Shown here: positions 25,761 to 32,000 of the stretch, one piece after another
How the letters are laid out: the number at the start of each line of letters is the position of its first letter
Numbering within the stretch: position 1 is the first letter of the stretch
NCBI RefSeq assembly: GCF_000981785.2
Contig: NZ_CP011304.1
Span: 1,920,001 to 1,952,000, forward strand
Source: Microcystis aeruginosa NIES-2549
Lineage (GTDB): Bacteria; Cyanobacteriota; Cyanobacteriia; Cyanobacteriales; Microcystaceae
DNA length: 32,000 nt
Direction of reading: 5' to 3'
The notes under the pieces: generated by a model
What the model saw: the letters and a program-made list of their open reading frames with translations, nothing else
Databases searched by the model: none
Told to the model about the DNA's origin: nothing
Translations under genes and position numbers: made by a program

Positions 25761-27272
25761 AAATTCTTTGACCACTTCCTCCACCCTACGATCGCGTCCA
25801 TCCACCTGATAGTTTAATTTCTGCATGGCTGTGGAGGTAATTTTGCCGGTGAGTTTGGCTAAAACCTGTCGCAATTGTGGATATTTTTGCAAACTATCCA
25901 GGTTAAAAATCGGTACCGCTTCGTAGGGAGGAAAATAGCGTCGATCATCTTCTAGGATGACTAAATCTAGCACGGGAATTAAGCCATCGGTGGAATTTCC
26001 CGCCACTAAATCCACTTGTTTTTCGGCTAAAGCGCGGTACATTAACCCTAAATCCATCACTTTCGGGGGTCGGGCAAAATTTAGCCCGTAGGTCTTCGCT
26101 AATCCCTTGTAACCGTCTTCCCTTTCCAAAAATTCATAACCAAAACCCGCTTGCCAATTGGGGGTATATTTAGCCGCTTGCGAGAGAGTTTTCAGATTGT
26201 ATTGACTGGCGGTTTCTCCCCGGATAACAATGGCGAAAGTATTCTCGAATCCTAAACTGGGAAAGACTTCTAGATTAAATTTTTCTGGATAAATCTCTTG
26301 CAGCTTTTCAGAGACTAATCGGGCATCGTTAAGGGGTTTTTCTTGCAAAATTCCCGTGAAAGCCGTGCCAGAATACTCCACATAACCGTCGATTTTACCC
26401 GCTTTCACCGCTTCATGACAGATCAGAGTACCGCCGAGATTAAATTGACGTTCGACCCTTAAATTCGTCTCTTTTTCGATCTCCTGTGCCAAAATTTCCC
26501 CTAAAATCACCTGTTCGGTAAAATTTTTGGAACCGATCACCACGGTGCCGGGGGATGAATGGAAAATCTGAGTCAAGAGGAAAGATAGCAAGGCCAACCC
26601 GATTAAACCTAAGCCCCATTGCCATTTAGAGGGCTTTTTCGGACGTTGCGAAGGGGAAAAGGTCTTTTCTAGCCAACCGAGACTCCAATCGGCAACAAGG
26701 GCTAAAAAAGCGGCAGGAATTGCTCCCGCCAAAATTAACTGATTGTTGACCGTGGCAATACCGCGAAAAATAAACACTCCCAAACCACCGCCACCGATAG
26801 CGGCTGCGATCGTAGCCACACCGATAGCAATCACCGTCGCAATTCTCACTCCTGCCAAAATTGTCGCCCCGGCCAGGGGTAATTCGATATAGCGCAGGAT
26901 TTGACCGTCGGTCATGCCTAGGGATAACCCGGCTAATTTTAATTCGGGATCAACTTTTTTGATGCCCAGATAGGTATTTAAAACAATTGGCAGTAAAGTA
27001 TAGAGAGTTAGGGCAACAATAGCGGGAATTTTGCCGATTCCTCCCAAAAAAGGCACGGAAATTAAAAAGCCAAATAGGGCTAAACTGGGGATAGTCTGTA
27101 GGGTGTTAACGATCGCTATAATCGGTGGGGCGAGAATAGCTTGACGACTAATTAAAATACCTAGAGGAATCCCGATTAAGCTACCCATAGCCATGGCTAT
27201 TCCCGTCAAGAAAAGATGCTCTCCAGTGCGAAAAGCGATTTCCCCCGCATAATCTAGCCAAAAACTATCCAT
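25743..27272 (-). CDS. ABC transporter permease fused to a substrate-binding domain (glycine betaine/choline Opu-type)
   Basis: 509 aa. The N-terminal half has about 6 TM helices of the BPD-transporter permease type. The C-terminal half (..GSKNFTEQVILGEILAQ.. ..GNSTDGLI..) resembles OpuBC/OpuCC-like binding proteins. No ATPase gene is adjacent. Confidence 0.85.
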   Translation of the reverse strand: MDSFWLDYAGEIAFRTGEHLFLTGIAMAMGSLIGIPLGILISRQAILAPPIIAIVNTLQTIPSLALFGFLISVPFLGGIGKIPAIVALTLYTLLPIVLNTYLGIKKVDPELKLAGLSLGMTDGQILRYIELPLAGATILAGVRIATVIAIGVATIAAAIGGGGLGVFIFRGIATVNNQLILAGAIPAAFLALVADWSLGWLEKTFSPSQRPKKPSKWQWGLGLIGLALLSFLLTQIFHSSPGTVVIGSKNFTEQVILGEILAQEIEKETNLRVERQFNLGGTLICHEAVKAGKIDGYVEYSGTAFTGILQEKPLNDARLVSEKLQEIYPEKFNLEVFPSLGFENTFAIVIRGETASQYNLKTLSQAAKYTPNWQAGFGYEFLEREDGYKGLAKTYGLNFARPPKVMDLGLMYRALAEKQVDLVAGNSTDGLIPVLDLVILEDDRRYFPPYEAVPIFNLDSLQKYPQLRQVLAKLTGKITSTAMQKLNYQVDGRDRRVEEVVKEFLVSLS

Positions 27273-27390
27273 AAACTTCTCTTAAAGCTGCTGCTTCATC
27301 CTATTGTGTAGAATAAATGGTATCTATTAGTTCCAGTCTTTATTTAAAGATTCTATCACCATCTTGACATTATTTCCTCCCTAAAGACAA

Positions 27391-28395
27391 ATGACTAACA
27401 AATTTAATCCTCAAGCTAAAACTGTTGCCGATTGGGCCTATATCGGTATTGATAAACATTTTCATAAAGTTCTTAAACACGAAGTTGGGGTTTTACTCGA
27501 TCAGGATACGGAAGAATTACATCAAATTCGTGTGGGAATGCGCCGTCTTCGCAGTACCTTAACCGGTTTTGCCCCCGCTTTAACCATGCCGAAATATGCC
27601 GATCAAAAACGGGTGGGTAATCTGGGCAGAATTTTAGGAGAATTGCGGGATTTAGATGTGTTAAAAGAGGCTTTTATCGGTCATTATCAGCCAATTTTAC
27701 CACCGAAAGAACAGGAGTTACTAAAGAAAGTTTTAGAGGTTCTCGAAAGCCGAAGAAAGAAGGCTTTTGCTAAGGTAGAAAAACTCTTAAAGTCCGATAA
27801 ATTTCTCAATTTTAAGGCAGATTTTGCCCGTTGGTTGGATAATCCTACCTATCAACCGATAGGAAAATTAGATATTGCCACGGTTTTACCAGACTTATTA
27901 TTACCGCAAGCGAGTCACTTTTTACTCCATGAAGGCTGGTTAATTGGGGTAAATTTAGAGGAAGATCAAAAAGTACGAGAGTTTTCTAGTCAAGAAATTG
28001 ATGCCTTATTGGAAAAAGAAGGATTATTACTGCACGATCTCCGTAAAGAAGCCAAGCGTTCCCGCTATAATATGGAGTTATTTACTCAGTTTTATGGCGA
28101 CAAGTATCGAGAATATCTAGAAGATATTAAAAACCTTCAAGGTATTCTCGGAGAAATGCAGGATTGTTGTGTTCTCTCGGATTTTCTTAGCCAAATTTTC
28201 CCTAATTGTCTTGCCAAGGAAATGCCCACTTTACTAGAAATTTTCCAAAATATCCGTCACCAAAAATGGCAAGAATGGCAACCACTACAAAAGAAATTCC
28301 TTGACGCTGACACCAGAAAAAGTCTGCACCAGACAATTTTACAGCCTATTTTTCGGCCAAATAGTGTAGAATTAGAGACTAATCCAGAATCCTGA
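27391..28395 (+). CDS. CHAD domain-containing protein
   Basis: 334 aa, all-helical and rich in conserved basic/His residues (..ELHQIRVGMRRLRS.. ..LHDLRKEAKRSRY..), typical of CHAD domains. Confidence 0.8.
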   Translation: MTNKFNPQAKTVADWAYIGIDKHFHKVLKHEVGVLLDQDTEELHQIRVGMRRLRSTLTGFAPALTMPKYADQKRVGNLGRILGELRDLDVLKEAFIGHYQPILPPKEQELLKKVLEVLESRRKKAFAKVEKLLKSDKFLNFKADFARWLDNPTYQPIGKLDIATVLPDLLLPQASHFLLHEGWLIGVNLEEDQKVREFSSQEIDALLEKEGLLLHDLRKEAKRSRYNMELFTQFYGDKYREYLEDIKNLQGILGEMQDCCVLSDFLSQIFPNCLAKEMPTLLEIFQNIRHQKWQEWQPLQKKFLDADTRKSLHQTILQPIFRPNSVELETNPES

Positions 28396-28407
28396 GATTA
28401 GGAACCG

Positions 28408-29841
28408 ATGAATTTTTTTCAAAAGTTAAACCACGCCATTGGTCAAAACCAGACTCTACTTGTCCTCGGTTTAGATGCTAACCCCGAAATGATGCCCTCC
28501 ACCCCGGGAGAATTAATCGTTAATTTAGAACAGTGGCTCAAGTTTATTATCGATGAAACTGCCCCTTTTGTCTGTGCCTACAAACCAACTTTAGGCTTTT
28601 ATCAAGCTTTGGGAGCGGCAGGGTTAGAATTATTACAGCGAATTTTAACGGCAATTCCCCCTCATATCCCGGTCATTTTGGATGCTAAACACGGCGATAT
28701 TAATACTAGCAGTGTTTTAGCTGAGACTATCTTTAAAACTTGGCAGGTGGACGCGGTTACTCTCAATCCCTACTCCGGACAGGATCACGTTGCTCCTTTT
28801 TTAGTTTACCCCGAGCATGGCGCTTTTATCCTTTGTCATACTTCCAATCAAGGTGCGATTAATCTGCAAGAATTCCCCAGTCGCGACAATCCTTTTTATC
28901 TGCAAGTTGTCAAAGAAGCTTGCACTTGGGGAACTCCCGAACAGGTGTTTTTAGAAGTGGGAACCACTCAACCAGAGATTTTGAAAAAGATTCGCAATTT
29001 TGCCCCCGAAAGATTGATTTTATTACGCAGTATTTGGGAAGAAAAAAGTAAATTCTCCGAGTTAATTACTGTGGGTTTAAATAGCCATGGCGAGGGTTTA
29101 TTAATTCCTGTACCCCAAGACTTTTTATCTCAACCTGATTTGGGGGCAAAAGTCAAGGATTTACGCGAGGAAGTCAACAAGATTAAACAAAATCAAAGGC
29201 AAGAATCGAGCGGAGATGATACTTGGACTGCTAACGTTTGTCTTTTAAAACAACATCCTCATCAGGATTTAATTCTACAATTATTTGATATTGGTTGCTT
29301 GATGTTTGGCGATTATGTGCAAGCGTCGGGAGAAACTTTTTCCTATTATATCGATCTGAGAAAAATTATCTCTAATCCTAATATTTTTCAGCAGGTAATT
29401 GAAGCCTATGGAGAAATATTAAAAACCTTGACATTTGACCGCATTGCTGGTATTCCCTACGGCTCTTTACCTACAGCTACGGGTTTATCTTTATTATTAA
29501 ATCATCCGATGATTTTCCCCCGCAAAGAAGTAAAAGCTCACGGCACAAGAAGAGTAATTGAAGGTAATTTTCAAGTGGGGGAAACGGTGGTAGTGGTGGA
29601 CGATATTTTAATTTCTGGCAAAAGTGCGATCGAGGGGGCAGAAAAAATTAAATCGGCGGGATTATTAGTTAATGATATCGTGGTTTTTATCGATCATGGT
29701 GGCCCTGTTAAAGATAAACTTCGTAGCCATGGTTATCAACCTTATTCGGTTTTAACCCTAGCAGAAATTACCGATACTCTCTACGAAGCAGGAAGACTGA
29801 CAGAAGCAGAATATAGCTGCTTTTTAAATCGATCCCATTGA
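28408..29841 (+). CDS. pyrF/pyrE: Bifunctional orotidine-5'-phosphate decarboxylase / orotate phosphoribosyltransferase
   Basis: 477 aa. The N-terminal half has OMP decarboxylase motifs (..LVLGLDAN.., ..VILDAKHGDINTS..). The C-terminal half has the OPRT PRPP loop (..VVVVDDILISGKSAIEG..). Confidence 0.92.
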   Translation: MNFFQKLNHAIGQNQTLLVLGLDANPEMMPSTPGELIVNLEQWLKFIIDETAPFVCAYKPTLGFYQALGAAGLELLQRILTAIPPHIPVILDAKHGDINTSSVLAETIFKTWQVDAVTLNPYSGQDHVAPFLVYPEHGAFILCHTSNQGAINLQEFPSRDNPFYLQVVKEACTWGTPEQVFLEVGTTQPEILKKIRNFAPERLILLRSIWEEKSKFSELITVGLNSHGEGLLIPVPQDFLSQPDLGAKVKDLREEVNKIKQNQRQESSGDDTWTANVCLLKQHPHQDLILQLFDIGCLMFGDYVQASGETFSYYIDLRKIISNPNIFQQVIEAYGEILKTLTFDRIAGIPYGSLPTATGLSLLLNHPMIFPRKEVKAHGTRRVIEGNFQVGETVVVVDDILISGKSAIEGAEKIKSAGLLVNDIVVFIDHGGPVKDKLRSHGYQPYSVLTLAEITDTLYEAGRLTEAEYSCFLNRSH

Positions 29842-29850
29842 TATTTAGCC

Positions 29851-29871
29851 ATCAGTTATCAGTTATCAGTA
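29851..29871 (-). repeat. Heptamer array ATCAGTT x2 plus ATCAGTA (reverse orientation)
   Basis: It begins 9 nt after the pyrF/E stop. Confidence 0.9.
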
Positions 29872-30023
29872 GGAAAATAGAATATTAAGTGAGCAGTATT
29901 ACGGTCTTTATCCTCAAGAGGCAGTTTAACCTAATTCGGTATTCATCCTGACTCCCAAAAACGAAAACTTCCTATCTCAGCCTTAAGATAACTGCCATAA
30001 GTAGCAGCCTTATGCTGTCTTTT

Positions 30024-30072
30024 CACTGTTTACTGATCACTGATTACTGATCACTGATTACCGATCACTGAA
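30024..30072 (+). repeat. Heptamer array, 7 units alternating CACTGAT/TACTGAT (a 14-mer super-repeat)
   Basis: cactgtt tactgat cactgat tactgat cactgat taccgat cactgaa. It ends 5 nt from the stop of the DUF1816-like gene. Confidence 0.93.
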
Positions 30073-30077
30073 AATTG

Positions 30078-30374
30078 TTAAGAAACTTGACTGCGTAACA
30101 CCTTTAGGGGATTGAGGAGCTTGCTTTCTTCTTTTTCCTCAAAAATAGTTAAATCTTTCGGTTGACAACGTTTTATATCTAATTTAATCCCCTGCGCTCC
30201 TTCTGTTTTCAAATCTTCTTCGTAACCGGCTTGAGCGACTTCAGCCTCGTCTTTAGCGAGAAAAGGACCGAAATAATAAGTACATCTGGGATAGTCGGTT
30301 TTAATCTCGACCCAGTAGGCTAATCCGAACCTTTCGAGTAAGCTAATCAAAAATTCTTTCATTTCGTTCCCCAT
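30078..30374 (-). CDS. DUF1816-like small protein
   Basis: ..GLAYWVEIKTDYPRCTYYFGPFLAKDEAE..GYEEDL.. matches my recollection of the DUF1816 core. An alternative start is ATG 30362 (MKEF..). Confidence 0.7.
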   Translation of the reverse strand: MGNEMKEFLISLLERFGLAYWVEIKTDYPRCTYYFGPFLAKDEAEVAQAGYEEDLKTEGAQGIKLDIKRCQPKDLTIFEEKEESKLLNPLKVLRSQVS

Positions 30375-30486
30375 CTAAATCTACTCTGGTGGTTTTGTTA
30401 CGTTTGTTTACATTTCGCAAACTTCCTTCCTATTTTATTTATACTTTCTCCTTTTGGCTATTGGGAGTGTCGAAAAATACAGATTT

Positions 30487-31353
30487 TCAGTCGGGGGAAT
30501 TTTGCCAGCGTTGACGGTAAACCTCGTAAAGAGCCATAGCTGCCGCCACCGAAGCATTGAGACTGGCGGTTTTGCCTGCCAAGGGGATAGATACCAACTC
30601 ATCGCAGGACTTTTGGGTCAACAGACTCAACCCCTCACCCTCCGAACCTATTACCAATCCTATCGCACCCGTTAAATTGATTGTGTGTAAAGATTTACCA
30701 GTTTTTGCCGCCGTGCCGTAGAGCCAAAAACCAGCCGCTTTTAATTCCTCTAAAGCACGATTGAGATTGACCACCCTGGCCACAGGTAAATATTCCAAGG
30801 CCCCCGCCGCCACTTTCATCACCGTCGATGTCACCCCGGCGGCGCGACGTTGGGGAATAACCACCCCCTGACAACCCATGGCCTCGGCGGTGCGAATAAT
30901 TGCCCCCAGGTTATGGGGATCCGTAATACCTTCAGCGATAACAATCACGGGGTGGCGACTTTTGCCCTTAGCTTTCTCGATCAGATCGGCTAATTCGATA
31001 TACTCATAGGGGGACATCTGGGCCGCAATCCCCTGATGATTGGCCTTACTGGTAATCTGATCGAGACGCAGATCGTCCACCTCATCAATCACCGTGCCGT
31101 TGGCTTTGGCCTTTTCCAAGAGGGTATGATAACGGGGATCGTAACGGAGTCGATTAACCACCCAAATCCGATTCAGTTGGCGCTCCTCCTCCATGGCCGT
31201 TAAAACCACCCGGCGACCGTAGAGCAGATCATCAGCTTCTTGGTTTTCTGGAGTTACTGCCAGGGATTTAGTCAGAATTGGCCCAGTTTTTGGCCGCGAG
31301 GGCCGGCGAGAATTACGATTATCGGACTTATCACGAAATGGTCGATCGCTCAT
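30487..31353 (-). CDS. rlmB: 23S rRNA (guanosine-2'-O)-methyltransferase, SpoU/TrmH family (RlmB-type)
   Basis: 288 aa. A basic N-terminal tail and SpoU-sub-bind region (..LYGRRVVL..) precede the SPOUT motifs (..[12 protein letters not shown].., ..[11 protein letters not shown].., ..[22 protein letters not shown]..). Confidence 0.9.
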   Translation of the reverse strand: MSDRPFRDKSDNRNSRRPSRPKTGPILTKSLAVTPENQEADDLLYGRRVVLTAMEEERQLNRIWVVNRLRYDPRYHTLLEKAKANGTVIDEVDDLRLDQITSKANHQGIAAQMSPYEYIELADLIEKAKGKSRHPVIVIAEGITDPHNLGAIIRTAEAMGCQGVVIPQRRAAGVTSTVMKVAAGALEYLPVARVVNLNRALEELKAAGFWLYGTAAKTGKSLHTINLTGAIGLVIGSEGEGLSLLTQKSCDELVSIPLAGKTASLNASVAAAMALYEVYRQRWQNSPD

Positions 31354-31399
31354 GGTTGCATGGATTAATAAAAGGGGGGTCGGGAATAATACCTGAGGG

Positions 31400-31816
31400 C
31401 TATAATTCTAGTTTTTCTAATAGTTGATGTAATCTTGAGGGGTCTTGCAGATAAAGATAGCCGAACAGGGTTTCTAAACTGCTGGCCTGCTGATAGACTT
31501 GGGCTGTCAGACGACGGCGTTTTCCCGTGACCGCATTGCGTCCCCGGCGCAGAATTTCTTTTTCTTGGTCTGTCAGATAGGGCTGCAGTTGTGCTAAATC
31601 TAAAGCCTGTTGTTCGGCCCTGACTTTGCCCACCACCTGAGCGTGATAGTCCCCGAGACGCTGGGGCGGCAGTAAATAATAGGTGCGGATGTATAATTCA
31701 TAAACAGCATCCCCCAGATAGGCCAGAGAAGCGGGCGATAATCGGTCAAGACCCTCTAGGAGTGGTGAACCCTCGCCATTGACCTGTAAGCGAATTTTTT
31801 CGAGAGGAGATTCCAC
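31400..31816 (-). CDS. mrnC: Mini-ribonuclease III
   Basis: 138 aa with the RNase III catalytic signature ..[14 protein letters not shown].. and no dsRBD. GTG start. It lies upstream of and co-directional with rlmB (45-nt gap). Confidence 0.88.
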   Translation of the reverse strand: MESPLEKIRLQVNGEGSPLLEGLDRLSPASLAYLGDAVYELYIRTYYLLPPQRLGDYHAQVVGKVRAEQQALDLAQLQPYLTDQEKEILRRGRNAVTGKRRRLTAQVYQQASSLETLFGYLYLQDPSRLHQLLEKLEL

Positions 31817-31819
31817 GAT

Positions 31820-32000
31820 TTACGCTTTTTCTAGATGTTTTATCGCTTCTTCTAGGGTGGGTTGCAGGGAAAAAAACTTCTCCAATCGCACCAGTTTTAC
31901 GGTTTGAGTTACCCGGGGATTGGTAACAATTTGTAAACTGCCCCCTTCGGTTTTGGCCTTTTTCACCAATTTTACCAAAGCCCCTAAACCGGAGCTATCG
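31820..32000 (-). CDS. STAS-domain protein (anti-sigma-factor antagonist-like), C-terminal part only
   Basis: My own translation of the reverse strand from the window edge reads DSSGLGALVKLVKKAKTEGGSLQIVTNPRVTQTVKLVRLEKFFSLQPTLEEAIKHLEKA*. This is a typical STAS C-terminus, with the phosphorylatable DSSGL motif. Its stop at 31820-31822 is 3 nt from the mrnC start. Confidence 0.75.
   Translation of the reverse strand, partial: DSSGLGALVKLVKKAKTEGGSLQIVTNPRVTQTVKLVRLEKFFSLQPTLEEAIKHLEKA

Overview
This 32-kb window looks like a cyanobacterial chromosome segment. The evidence is four perfect HIP1 octamers GCGATCGC (6455, 22893, 23569, 25669), an AT-rich composition, and cyanobacteria-typical genes (Ycf55-like RR-DUF3685, DUF1997, DUF29, DUF1816, Uma2, PEP-CTERM, CHAD, fused PyrF-PyrE). 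The repeat content makes Microcystis my best guess, but that is inference, not a search result. I call 32 protein-coding genes, most of them housekeeping: tsaD, truB, hisC, ispG, lysS, cysS, recN, pyrF/E, rlmB, mrnC, and an HyuB-type oxoprolinase subunit. There are also three response regulators with no histidine kinase, a Fur-family paralogue, an Opu-type ABC permease/binding-protein fusion, and several small conserved hypotheticals. I found no rRNA, tRNA, CRISPR array, transposase or recognisable defence or biosynthetic cluster, and I cannot honestly point to a novel multi-gene protein system. The unusual content is non-coding. (1) A dense family of tandem heptanucleotide arrays (unit AACTGAT and variants) sits exactly at gene boundaries, often flush against start or stop codons. 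(2) A MITE-like element of about 145 bp occurs in three copies. (3) A CA-rich intergenic module of about 100 nt occurs twice. (4) A canonical G-quadruplex motif lies next to a (CCCCAAAA)n tract. (5) A perfect 21-bp palindrome carries an in-frame TAG that splits the signal-peptide region of the PEP-CTERM gene. (6) Four convergent gene pairs have abutting or overlapping 3' ends. All family names come from recognising motifs in the supplied translations; no database search was run.
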